Assembly (NCBI GenBank): GCA_951406725.2
Contig: OX597826.1
Coordinates: 8,990,001 to 9,054,000, forward strand
Direction of reading: 5' to 3'
DNA length: 64,000 nt
DNA from: Octopus vulgaris
Taxonomy: Eukaryota
Under the pieces are notes generated by a model. The model was not told where the DNA came from and searched no databases. It saw nothing but the letters and a program-made list of their open reading frames with translations. Shown here in pieces: positions 51,778-64,000 of this stretch (the stretch's first letter is position 1; every line of letters begins with the position of its first letter). The position numbers and the translations under genes were made by a program.

Positions 51778-52749
51778 GTGAGTTAAAACTAGCTTTTTAA
51801 TTTCTCTCACATTAGCATTGTTAGTTGCAGGTTTCCTACTTTCCTACTGATAATCAACATTTCAATGCATTTTCTTTACGATGAGTGATAAATGAGCATC
51901 TGGGCAACCTGAGAAGAACAAATAATATTCTCAGGTATAAATTATTCACCATTTTATCAGCTTCAAGCTAATGTTTATATCTTTGTTTATGTCTTTTGCT
52001 GATATGCATTGGTTAAAAGAGTCAGACACATATACATGTGTATAAACATGCATCTATGATGGAATATGCATGTGTAAATACGGTCATATGTTGGAATTCA
52101 GCACTGTTTGTACCTAATAAATTCTACTCAAAGAATTAATGAACCAAAGGCTACAGGACAAAACATTTGTTTGTGGTACCATATGCTGTGGGTCAATCCA
52201 AGGAATATGTAATTTTGAAGGGAACCTGTTAGCCACGCAGCTATTCCTGCACTCACGTTAATTAATAACGAATATACAAAATAATTATTGTTTTGTATTG
52301 ACCAAACTGCATAACAGTCCAGGAACACACTGAACATAATGAATTCAATTCATATAACACCCTGTAAAAACAAATTAACTACACGCAAACTGTTACATGA
52401 ACCAAATGCACCCTGCCTATAAAATAGACGAACACCATAACAAAAACCCTCATCAAACAGAACAGGATATGCATTATACCCAATTATGAAATGCACATTA
52501 ATAATATATTACAAAAACATAAAAAAAAGCCCCTCTTCATTAGCAACTAACCACAAGGCTGCGAGCACTGAATAAACTTTAAATGGCTAATGTAATTTAC
52601 AAATTTATATGAAAATTTGAAAATTAAAAATTTCATTTCTCTGTTACATTGAATATTATCAAAGAACCAGTGCAGCTCATATTACAAAACAAAAGTTGTA
52701 TATCCCACTAGAAATGACAGCTATATTTCTTCTATCATACGATGCTGTA

Positions 52750-52963
52750 TTAACCCTTTAGCATTCAGATTACTCAGTCAAATGTAATGCTAATTCATTC
52801 ATGCTGCTTTGAAATAATCATGTATTACCTCATAGCTTTGGAATTTCAATGATGTAGTTGTTTACTTTTAGAACAATATTGAGACGCTTGACCTGGCTGG
52901 TTTTAACATAAAACTGGTAGAATATTCGACCAGGTATGGCCAGTTTGGATGCCAAAGGGTTAA
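52750..52963 (+). mobile_element. TTAA MITE, same family as 38002
   Basis: TTAACCCTTTAGCATTC ... GGATGCCAAAGGGTTAA. Confidence 0.85.
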
Positions 52964-53087
52964 AAAAAAATATGGAGTATATATATTGGACAATGTATTT
53001 CTGAATATACAAAATGATATGACAATCCTGGTTAGAAAATTTTTCATCATAAGTTTGCTCAGTCAAAGCTAAGTAGCTAAAAGAAAA

Positions 53088-53792
53088 TACTTTCTTAAGC
53101 CCTTTGCTCCTTATGGAGAATAGGCCGTCAATGACTCTTCTCCACTGTTTTTTTAAAAATCTGGACCATTGTTTCTGCTTCTCTTCCTTTCTCAGGTCTT
53201 GCTTTCAAATTGTCTTTCTTTTTTTTTTATTCTTTTATTTGTTTCAGTCATTTGACTGTGGCCATGCTGCAGCACTGCCTTAAAGGGTTTTAGTTGTACA
53301 AATCGACCCCAGGAGTTGTTCTTTATACGCCTAGTAATTATTCTATCGGTCTCTTTTGACAAACCAAGTTAGGAGGGCATAAACACACCAACATCGGTTG
53401 TCAAGCAATGGTGGGGGGAACAAACACAGACACACACACATAAATGTATACATTTATATATGATAGGCTTCTTTCAGTTTCTGTCTACCACATCCACTCA
53501 CAAGGCTTAGGTCAGCCTGAACCCAGAACCATGTGGTTGGGAAGAAAGCTTCTTACCACACAGCCATGTCTGTACCTACTGTCATGGATGTTTTTATAAC
53601 TTTGCCTTTTTTTTAGGTAGGGGTGTTCGCCCTACACAAACCCATTTTTATCTCTAGGAAGAGTTGGTCCATAGTAGTCTGGCCTCTTTTCTTTGACTTG
53701 TCTAACATGGGAAGTCTTACTAGGAGCTTGTACTAAACTGGCATGGCTTTGAGGGTCATTGAAGTGCACAAGCTGCTATGCTGTAACAAGGA
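53088..53792 (-). mobile_element. Bipartite non-autonomous RTE (5' UTR fused to 3' tail), split by a family B SINE at 53228-53578
   Basis: - strand CCTTGT...GCTTGTGCACTTCAATGACCCTCAAAGCCATGCC...CCCATGTTAGACAAGTCAAAG resembles RTE/BovB 5' UTRs; tail GACGGCCTATTCTCCATAAGGAGCAAAGGGCTTAAG. Confidence 0.55.
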
Positions 53793-53869
53793 CTGGACCT
53801 TTTGGTGGAAACAAAAACACAGTTGTCAGGTTTTTTTATAGAATTCCTCAGCATATGGATGATTAAACT

Positions 53870-54207
53870 GGGACTCTGTTAGTTATGATGACGAGTGTTC
53901 CAGTTGATCCAATCAATGGAACAAGCTGCTTGTGAAATTAGTCTGCATGTAGCTGAGCGCTCCACAGATACGCATACCCTTAACACAGTTCTCAGGGAGA
54001 TACAGTGTGATACAAAATGGGAAAAGGCTGGCCCTTTGAATTACAAGTACAACTTATTTTTGCCAGTTGGGTGGACTGGAACAATGTAAAATAAATGTCA
54101 TCTACCATACACCTTGCCCAAGGATACGACATGCCACTAGAAATCAAACTCAAAATCTTACAATTATGAGCTGAATACCCTAACCACTAAGTGACACACC
54201 TACACAT
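53870..54207 (-). mobile_element. SINE family C
   Basis: Reverse complement of 8406-8710. Confidence 0.75.
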
Positions 54208-55263
54208 GGATGATTAGAAGTTGTCTAAATAGCACAATTATAATATAAAACTCAACATATAATTAGCAGACTCTAATACCAGGCACCAATATTTTCTTGT
54301 TGCTAAAAGAAACCTGACAGCAATATTTAAAAATGTATTTTAATGGGTAGCAAATAGACTTAACCTGCTACTTGGTTTAATTTCATTACTTGGCCCTGGA
54401 TACATTAAGTGCCAGGTATTTGGAAGCATTTGGGTCAGGTCTGAAAATATGACTTATTCCCTTCTTCCTCTGAGAAGGGTCATGGGGTGAGGGTGGAGGC
54501 AGAGCATGGATGATGCCTATCCTCTTCTGATGAAGCAAAACAGGAAAAGAGTAAAAGGTAAGAAATCGCAGTGGAACTGTGCTTGACCTGTAACCCAGAG
54601 ATCTGTAGATTGGAACTACCCTCTGCTACGAAACAACAACAATAGCCTTTTATTCCATGTGAGATAACCAAAATCCCCAACACCTTTCCCACTGCCTTCT
54701 GTTGCTTGATCCCTTCAGTTCCTTTTCCGCTTCCCAATAAAGGAGAAACAGGGACAAAAGGCAAAGACCCTCCTTGACATTTTATAACTCATTTTTTTCT
54801 TAGGAGTTAGCATGACCTAATGACTAAAAAGTTTGGCTCATAATCATAAGATTCCAGGTTTGAGTCTTCCACTCCACTGTGTGGTATCTTGATTAAGTGT
54901 CTTTTTGGCAGAGATTTGAATTGACCCAGCCCACTGAACAGATTGTATTTAATAATCTAAAAGTTCAGCCTCATAGGGATTCTGCTTGAGAACTACATTA
55001 AGGGTCTGTAGAATGTTCAGTCACTTAAATGGTAATTCAAACAAATGCCTGAAATATTAGTGTCATCATCGTTGTCCTTTTAACATTGGCTGTTTCATGC
55101 TTGTGTAGGTTGGATGGAGTTTTATTGAGGCAGATTTTCTACTCCCAGATGCCTTACCAGTCTCTAACCCATACCTGTTTCCATGCAAGGTAATATTTCC
55201 CTATGGCCAGACACATTTTTACACAGTATCAGAAATGAATGACACACATAATGATCATATGAT

Positions 55264-55448
55264 TGAAATTTACAGACAAACAAAAGACAAAGACAGGTGT
55301 ATGAACAACAAGCAGGTGTATTAGTTTGACGCTTGGGAAAGTGAGAAAGTCTTTTACATTTCGAGCCTATGCTCTTCAACAGAAAGGGATATGACACAAT
55401 AGAGTGAGAATAAAAAAACTTGTGGATTTAGCAATCAAGCATGGTGAC
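55264..55448 (-). mobile_element. Third copy of the hammerhead-like ~190-bp element
   Basis: - strand CTGTTGA-A-GAGC-ATAG-GCTC-GAAAT-GTA (55355-55382); 8-bp TSD CATATGAT (55256, 55449). Confidence 0.7.
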
Positions 55449-55576
55449 CATATGATGCAAAGACAAGGAGACACAAGCATACGCACTCACACATACATAA
55501 GTGTGTGTGTTGTGTGTGTGTATGTAATGCATAAACAGCCTGAAAGACTGCTTTAAGATACATGAAGTCATTTATA

Positions 55577-55790
55577 TTCTTTTCTACTCTAGGCACAAGG
55601 CCCAAAAGTTTTGGGGAAGGGGCCAGTCGATTAGATCGATCCCATTACGCAAATGGTACTTAATTTATTGAGCCAAAAGGATGAAAGGCAAAGTCGACCT
55701 CGGCGGAATTTGAACTCAGAACATAAAGACAGACGAAATACCACTATGCATTTTAGCTGGCGTGCTAATGATTCTGCCAGCTCACCGCCT
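55577..55790 (-). mobile_element. SINE family A (alternative tail)
   Basis: Full head; 18-bp TSD TACATGAAGTCATTTATA/TACATGGAGTAATTTATA. Confidence 0.9.
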
Positions 55791-57360
55791 TACATGGAGT
55801 AATTTATAAATATACCTGAAGTATTATAAATGCATGAAACTATTAGTAGCTCTTTCATTTGTGTATCTCAATTGATATTTGTCTCTCACTGAATGGTGTA
55901 CTTTTTTTTTTTTTATTCTATCTGTATTGGATCTGTAAACTACGCACACACATGATGTGCTTCTTTCAGTTTTTGCCTACAAAAACCATCTACAGTAGAA
56001 GACACTTGTGTAAGGCATCCCGCTGTAAGGGCTGAACCTGAAACCTTGTGGTTGGGAATCAAAATATTTAGCCACTCAGCCACACCTGCATCTATGGGTT
56101 TGTCTTTTAACAATATGGCAATGATTAGAGTGTCTGTTCATTTTAGTGAATAGTATTATACACTGAACATAGATGTTTTTCATTCTCACTAAACTCTCTT
56201 TGCACAAAGAAGCATTTTTATTACATTTGTAAGATATTGTCTCATATTAATATATATTCTTATACATGATTTTCTTTTTCTTTTTAATCATGTTTCTTCT
56301 AATTAAAGAGAAACACAAAATGTAAAGACATTGGTTATGGTTCTATTTATAGGGGCGGTGGTGGTTACACAGCAAATATTAATGCAATTATTTACATACA
56401 ACTTGGTTATTATTAAATTAGTTATATTATTTATACACTGATTCAAGAAAGTTATCTCTTTTGGGGGGAAGATTTTTTTTGTTGTTGTTGTGGCTTTTCT
56501 TTTTGTTCTGTGTTTCACATGCAAGTATCATATGTTTGGGTATTATATACAGAGATATTTTTATTCATAAGTATTTATGTGTGTATATACTCATATGCAA
56601 GCTGTCTGAATAAGATCAGTATGAGCGTTGTGTGTTTATGTATTGAAATATACCAACTGATACCACAAAAGTGTATATTTGTGTGTTTGTGTATGTACAA
56701 TAAGAACCGTGTCTTGTGAATTAACCAACTTATTTCAAATGTCAGCATCTTTTCTATACCTGTGTGTTTACAATGTATGTCTGTGTGTCTACATATATCT
56801 ATCTATAGATTTGTACATATAATTATCAAATATCTCATACACCAAACGTGTGTATGTATTTATATGAAACGTGTGTGTATGTGTGGTTGGATTTGTGTGT
56901 AGACATAATTAATTCCTGTCTAAAATCAGTTAATCTGGCAAAAGCCATGGAAATGACATAAAGAGTTGAGATAAATAAAAAGAAAGTATTAGATATTCAA
57001 TCAGTATTTAAGAAACATCGGTAATTACTAATGACATTTATTAATTATCAATATATTGCAGCCTGTCTACTAATTCTCTTGAACGACAGAATTCTAAGAA
57101 CCAAATGAAATCAAAACCAGAAAAATGTGCCAAGAAAAGATGACCTTAAAAGTTTCTTCCCCATTAAACTCATTTGACACTAAATCTCTCTTGGATATGA
57201 ATTACAAAATAAAAGACAAATTTTACAAGGAGAAAGCAAACCCATTACTATACAATAACAGGGAGAACTTTTAATTACATTATGCAGGGGTGATCTATTG
57301 AGTAGCAAAGGGACAAACTAGCAGCTATATATTGAAAGGGCAAGAATATGCCTATTGTAT

Positions 57361-58150
57361 CTTGGATGTTGGACTGATCTATGACATCTTCGATTTTGGA
57401 ATGGTCTGATATTCTGGAGGTTGGACTAGTCCATGACATCTTTGATGTTGGACTAGTTCATGACAGCCAGGATATTGGTAATACTGGATGTTGAATTAAT
57501 CTGTGGCATGTGGAGGTGCATGGCATAGTAGTTAGGGTGTTGGACTCATGATTTTAAGATTGTGGTTTCAATTTCTGGACTGGTTGATATGATGTGTTCT
57601 TGAGCAAAACACTTCATTTCACGTTGTTCCATTCCACTCAGCTTGTAAAAATGAGAAATCCTGCAATGGACCTGTGATTCTTCCTATTTCTTTATTGCCC
57701 ACAAGGGGCTAAACATAGAGGAGACAAACAAGGATGAACAAATGGATTAAGTCAATTACATCACCCCAGTGTGTAACTGGTACTTAATTTATTGACCCTG
57801 AAAGTTGACCTTGGCGGAATTTGAACTCGGAACGTAACGGCAGACGAAATACCGCTAAGTATTTCGCTCAGCCTGCTAACGTTTCTGCCAGCTTGCTGCC
57901 TTTATGTCTGTGACTCTTCTAGGGAGGGATGTATATGCTAGAGTAACCAGGGAACTATGCTCTTTATGGAGTAATGTAGACTAACCATTTTGGCTATAAG
58001 ACTAATCTTAGAACATTCTAAATATTAGGCAAATCCTATAACCATCTTGGATGTAGGTTGAATCTATGACATTCTGGAGGTTTGACTAATGCATAATAAC
58101 CTAGAGCTTAAACTAATCCACACCATCCTGGAGTTTGCAAGAATCTATGT
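57361..58150. repeat. Degenerate 27-bp minisatellite interrupted by nested SINEs
   Basis: Units like CTTGGATGTTGGACTAGTCCATGACAT at 57361-57510 and ~57985-58150. Confidence 0.7.
57512..57968 (+). mobile_element. Family C/V-like SINE containing a reverse family A SINE (57684-57907)
   Basis: 12-bp TSD CTGTGA(T/C)TCTTC around the inner SINE. Confidence 0.8.
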
Positions 58151-58235
58151 GTGGAGAAGTAGTCAACTCCTTCTGAAGGGGCAGTTCACATTCCTTACCT
58201 TATATTGCTCACTTTGAGTATATCTTTATCCTAAA

Positions 58236-58618
58236 CTAGCAGTATCGCCCGGCGTTGCTCAGGTTTGTAAGGGAAATAACTATAAAGCATTTTTAGATAG
58301 TTATAGCCACAAAATAGCAAAAAAATGGAAAAAAAATGATGGTAAATTTTTTTTGAGTAAAAAAAGGTGGAGTTGCATCCCCTAGACAGTTTGCGGTTTG
58401 TGTTTCTGATTCTTGACCCCATGTCGAATTTATCGATTTTTTTCAGAACTGGGTGAACTTTTCAAAATTTTCGCTGCGTTAGTTTTGAATTATGACATTG
58501 GGCTATGTGTGTGTCAAGTTTCATCAGAATCGGTTGAAAGCCGTGGTCAGAGTGAGGGTACAAGCAAACAGACACACAGAAACACGCACAGACAAACTGC
58601 CGTTTATATAAAGAGAGA
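58236..58618 (-). mobile_element. Short non-autonomous Helitron (H3)
   Basis: 5' TC, 3' hairpin plus CTAG, inserted between A and T; shares its 5' module with H1. Confidence 0.9.
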
Positions 58619-58838
58619 TAGTCCTCCTGCAAATGTTCCCTTTCACAAGTAATTATCTAGTCTTTTCCCATAATATGACTATGGCCAATCACTACTTATA
58701 TTACATTGATCTACAAATTTACTTTGCAAGAAAAATGGTACATTAAAAACAAACCAGCAAAAAAAAAACAAAAAAACTAATTAGTGATAATTATTTTGGA
58801 ATGTAGAATGAAGGTTTGGCAATATTAGTCTAATTAAT

Positions 58839-59091
58839 ATTATTTTATTTTTTGGAATGACTCTCAAAGCACATTAATATTGGATTGAAAAACCCTTTTC
58901 AGATAGAAAAAGTCGAAGTCAGCTTGTGATTGCAATAGTAGAGCATCTGTAATGTCTACAGGAAATGTGGGTTCGAGTCCCACAGGTGGCCTTTGAATCT
59001 TTTCTATCCCAAAGGGTTTTTTCAATCAAGTATTTACATACTATTATTTATAGCTTTGTGTGCTCCGAGATCTATTCCAAAGCAAAATAAT
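58839..59091. mobile_element. Foldback element with a central tRNA-like sequence
   Basis: Imperfect ~80-100-bp inverted arms directly abutting a cloverleaf. Confidence 0.65.
58918..58991 (+). tRNA. tRNA-like pseudogene (putative TGT anticodon), probably not a functional tRNA
   Basis: Acceptor GTCAGCT/AGGTGGC, anticodon arm TCTGT-AATGTCT-ACAGG, T arm GTGGG-TTCGAGT-CCCAC; D arm degenerate; lacks U33. Confidence 0.55.
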
Positions 59092-59654
59092 TATTTCATG
59101 TTCTCTTGAAAGCTTATAAGATTCTTTTGATATCAACAATTAACATTTTTTTCAGTACAAGTGCCATCTTCCTAAGCATGTTTTGGTCAGATTCCATCCT
59201 CTTCAGCAAACACACCCTTCACTGTACTTTCTAAAATGGTGTTGAAAAGTCAATAATTAAATGTACATTGTTATACATTGGTTGCTGGAGGAAAATTGAA
59301 TTGTTTAGAGAATAAAATTTTTAGAGATGCTATCCACATAAAAATATAAAAAAAAAAAAACCCAGTAATTAAGTTAGTGTGAAAATAATTAATGAAGGGA
59401 AAATTAAAAAGTTAACTAGACATAATTATGCTGTGAGATAAATAAACAATATTAAACAATAACTAATTTTATTTTAATTTTTCTGGTTAGATTTTTAATG
59501 CACCATGCATTAAATACGTTAACACTAACTTAACTATTGTTTATCATGCGAACGGCATCAATGAATTATTTATTCTCTATTAAAATACAATACTGGTTGT
59601 TATTTTATATAGAATTGCAGAGTTCCAACTAAGGAAAAGTGAAAAACCAATAAT

Positions 59655-59935
59655 CATTATCATCACCACCATCACTATCATTATATTCACCATTTCACTG
59701 CTGTTTGTCCATAGTCAGATGGATTTTGTTTTCTCTGGAACTTTTTGCCCTGTGTAACAATATTTTGATACACACCCTTCATGAGGTTCATCATCTGAGA
59801 TCAGCCTTCACTACTTCTTCCCATGTCTTCCATGGTTTTTCTCTTCCATAGGTTCTTCCTCCTTGGATATGTCAGCACTTCTTTACCCAAGAGTCATCTA
59901 CCATACACCTCATATGTCCATACCTTCTAATTTGT
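59655..59935 (-). pseudogene. RTE LINE C-terminal remnant
   Basis: YGHMRCMVDDSWVKKC ... KPWKTWEEVVKADLR. Confidence 0.75.
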
Positions 59936-61859
59936 ACACCTTCATTCATCTAGTGGGGAATTATTGTCCCATTTCTTTTTAGCCTTTGCACATCTTCTGC
60001 CTTCAAGTTTCCGACATCATGAGGCACATGTCTTTAGAAGAGGTATGACATAATGAATTTAATTGCAGAGTATATAATCCAGTATTTGACTGCTTCTTAT
60101 TTTATTGACCAGGAAATTATGAAAGGCCACAATCCCCCTCCACTTTTTTTAAACTGCTAAGTCAGAGAAGGCATAGTAGTACTCATGTTCTTTTTCATGA
60201 CCTCCAATTATCCTCAGATATGGCCTGAATACATTGCAACAGAGTGCAGGGTATGTAGTCCACTAAAAATGCACAAGAGCCAGGTGGTAGCGTTTAACAA
60301 GGTGATAGATTGTCTACCTTCTGCTTTACCTATGATTTATTATTCTTTTCATTCTCTCCTCTGATATAAGTCAATTAAATAGAAGAAAAAACAACCAAAT
60401 GATTGTAGTATTGAACTTCAGCCTCATAGGTTTTAAATTTTAATCCAATGTAGGTATTTTAGTGTCTATTTGAACTTACCATTAATCCTATATGCTTTGG
60501 TTTACTAATATGTGGGTTAATTTTGTGTCATGTTTAGAGTTCCATGAAATGAAGATGCAGGTTAATAGCAAATTCTTAGAGACTCCACTGAAGTTAGGAA
60601 ACATTTTTAGATTTCTTTGTATGTAATGTAATTTATGCAGTCTTGAGTTAGATAAATCTGCAGATTTTGACAATTATCAGGAGTACTTGATGTAGTAAAC
60701 TTGTTAGAAATGTATAGTTTTTTCTTCTTACTATATTAAGTTTACTTGCTGATGTTTAGATACTAATTAATTTTTTCTTCTAATATACAAGTTATTAAAA
60801 AGTGCTGTACCTGGAAGATTTTCCAATATAATTGTTTAGTTCCTTGTCTTTATTGTTCAATGAAAAATGTTTTACAGTAAACCTCAGTGATTACAAATGT
60901 TCTTCTAATTTTATATCTTTCAAATTTTCAACTGTTTAAACAATTACTGTAGCAAGTCATTCCTTTCTGGGAATATATATATATGATATAACAGGGAAGC
61001 CTTTATAAAGTCAGTTACTGACTTGAAATAAGTTGCAAAATTTCCTTTGATTTACAACCAACCATCTTAAAAAAAAAAGGCTTGCATAGGATAATGTACT
61101 CTTAGATACAGTGTTCCTGAAAATAAGAAGGCATGATTGTATACCAGAATTCTCTGATCATAAGCCAGCATGATGAAGGCTGACCTAAAGGTTAAATAAC
61201 ATTAACAACATAAGAGTACTTATTTGCAGATGTAGTTTCTGGCATCGTGTATTTTTAGAGAATGAAACCAAAACAATTTTGCCTCTCTTTCTCTCTGTGT
61301 CCATCTCCCCTTTGTCTCCCTTTCATTGTATTTTCTCTTGTTTATTATGGCAAATCTTATAATGGAAGTACTTTATGGAGTGGGGTAGCTTTTAATTTTC
61401 AAGTCATAACATGTCTAGCAGACCAACCTTTCAATCAGTCACATCAAAGATTGCTAATGCACCTGTGTAGCACCTGGTTAAAATACTCGTTATAAATAGA
61501 ATGGAAAGAAAGGAGAACAATATCTTTCCTGTGTCCTAAGTTACTTTCTTTTTCTCTCTTAGATGGTTATAATTAATGAACAAATAATTAGCTGTGTGGT
61601 TAAAAGTTAACTTCACAACAGAATAGTTCCAGGTTTGAGCCAGTGTCTTTTATATAGCCTATAAGAAAGAATTTAATAGACGAAAACTGTGTGGAAACTT
61701 TGAAATAGATTGAGTGCAGATGGCCTGATGGCTAGGTTAGCAAGTATTTATCTGAGAATTTGACAGTTCATGCTCTGTATACTGTATTGTGTCCGTGGCT
61801 GTGACACCTAATTCTCACAAAGCCTCATGTTCACATAACTGTAAACAGGCTTTACTTAC

Positions 61860-62070
61860 TTTTGAAGGAAATACATCGAACTCCAGAGAAAGGGAATGAC
61901 AAACCTCCTCTTATGTAAAAGCTTTGTAGTTGTGGACACTCCAGCAAGGCCACCAGAAGTCAGATTTGTCTTAACAGTTCTATCCTTCTGGTTAAGTTGA
62001 TTATGGTTTTTTACAAGCATTTGTTTGTTTGAACTTGAATTTTTAATGCAGCTTTGACTCATACTCATAA
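61860..62070 (-). CDS. Candidate coding exon (MSMSQSCIK...HKRRFVIPFLWSSMYFLQ), product unknown
   Basis: 70-codon non-repetitive ORF whose stop falls inside a consensus GTAAGT donor (61859-61854); AG 2 nt before the ATG; no recognised homology. Confidence 0.3.
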
Positions 62071-62962
62071 CTGTTTCAGTTATGTTACTAAAAGCCCTAA
62101 AATTGGTTTTAACAATTTTTTTTAATGTTTAGACAGCCGACAAAGGATAGCATTCCATCCATGACCTTTTTTTTACAGAACCTCTGCGGCTAGTGGGAGT
62201 TGGAGACCTGTCAACAGAGCTTGATTTGGGGCATAATATAAACAAGCTCAAATTTAGTGCCAACAACATTTCATAGAGGAATCAAGATAATTAAATGATA
62301 TACATATTTTGAATATTTTGTGAAAGCTTTTAATGTGAATTTTTAATAAGGTGCCTTCATGCATTGTAGAGCTTAAGGCTTCATCATCATCATCATCCAG
62401 TTGTGCTTATTGCATGGACCACTGTGACTCCTTCTCTCCAGTCTGTCCAGTCCGCCAGTGGATATAGTAGGTTTTAAGAAGACCTTCAGGCCTTACTAAG
62501 TCAAATTTTGACATTTCCTTGAAGGAATGCACTTAAGGACCAAGTGGTAACATAACCAGGTGATAGATCAAGTATACTACTCAAGAATAGGTACACTCCA
62601 TTTGACAGTATGCCATATAGTTTCTATCTATCCAGTTTCACTCAGAAGGTTTGGGGAGTTGGCACGAGACTATAATGACAACAACTTTTTGAAATCACTC
62701 AGGTTATTAATGATAAGCATAAATACATACATACATATTACACAACTGAATAAGTATTTTGCTTGGGACTATAGATGAAAACACTTACCCAAGGTGTTGC
62801 ACTGTGTGAAATTGAACTCAAATTCATGGGGGTGATATTCTTAGCCATACAGCTATAGCTAATCAGTAGAAATTACAAATTGACTAAAGGGCTGATAGTT
62901 TCTTGCATTGGCACCAATTTGTATTACCAGACCTATATATATATATATATATATATATATGT

Positions 62963-63340
62963 CTTTTAACTTTTACTTGTTTCAGTCATTTGACTGCAGC
63001 CATGGTGGGGCACTACCTTGAAGAGGTTTAGTTGAACAAATCAGCCCCGGGATTTTTTAAAGCCTGGTGCTTATTCTAACGGTCTCTTTTACTGAACCAC
63101 TATGTCACAGGGATGTAAACACACCAACATCAGTTGTCAAGCAGTTGTGGGGGACAAGCAAAGACACACACACATATAATGGGCTTCTTTCAGTTTCCAT
63201 CTACCAAATCCACTCACAAGGCTTTGGTTGGCCCAAGGCTATAGAAGAAGACACTTGCCCAAGGTGTCACACAGTGGGACTGAACCTGGAACCATGTTGT
63301 TGGGAAGCAAACTTCTTACCATACAGCCATGCCTGCACCA
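62963..63340 (-). mobile_element. SINE family B
   Basis: Full homology to other copies. Confidence 0.85.
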
Positions 63341-63365
63341 TATAGTTTTTTCCTTTTTTCACTAC

Positions 63366-63414
<49 letters not shown>

Positions 63415-64000
63415 ATATATGAAAGTTTAACGACTGACATTTACTTGCCTGAAAATAAATGTTCATTGATTAATTTAGTGCTGTCCTATATAAACATTTA
63501 GATCAATCTCTACAATTAAAAAAAAATAATAGATTCACATTAAAGATATTTTTACTTTGGGAAAAACATTTACTTTTAATATATATATATCTTGTTTTGT
63601 ATATTAAGTGTAGTTAAAATTTAAGAAGTAAAATCAACATTGTTCTAGTTTTTTTTTCTTTTGCACTTTTATTTCCATTTTATATATACACATGATTGCA
63701 TTCATGCACACTGATATGCATACGTGCATATTTATACATTCATGCATACACACGAAAACATTTATATATCATATATTTTAAAGAAAAAACAATGTTTTCT
63801 TTCATTATTTTCAAAATTGAATTTTGCTTGATTTATCAACATCATGCCAAAAATGAACTAAAAATTGATATATATATTACATATATTTCAGATACTGTTA
63901 ACCTGTGTCCACTCTATCATATTTATCTGATATATTTTGATGATTTCAAGAAATTAGATCTGACCTTTCTCTAGAAATATAGTTAGTTCTAGTATGTAAA

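Noticed and set aside
51712-51850. C/D box snoRNA (ATGATGA ... CTGA)
   Set aside because: No terminal stem and no recognisable rRNA-antisense element

Overview
AT-rich, microsatellite-laden animal genomic DNA, intronic or intergenic. The SINE families and repeat landscape point to a coleoid cephalopod, most likely Octopus (inference). No intact host gene is recognisable, and almost every ORF in the track is a microsatellite, SINE or decayed-transposon artefact. Retroelements: three tRNA-derived SINE families and decayed RTE, Tx1 and I/Jockey-type LINE fragments. DNA elements: mariner, hAT and TTAA (piggyBac-type) MITEs, a Helentron/DINE-like element and three Helitrons, one with RepHel remnants. 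Most notable observations: (1) repeated local template-switch patchworks creating near-perfect inverted repeats, the best at 6330-6578; (2) a tRNA-like cloverleaf centred in a long foldback element (58839-59091); (3) ~190-bp elements carrying hammerhead-ribozyme-like motifs; (4) a composite MITE-cargo-MITE unit in one TA site; (5) a seamless head-to-tail fusion of two different Helitrons; (6) a Tx1 LINE sitting in a (CT)n tract; (7) RTE LINEs with a PHD-like finger inside the RT. A few weak candidate exons are flagged. All calls were made by eye, and boundaries of degenerate elements are approximate.
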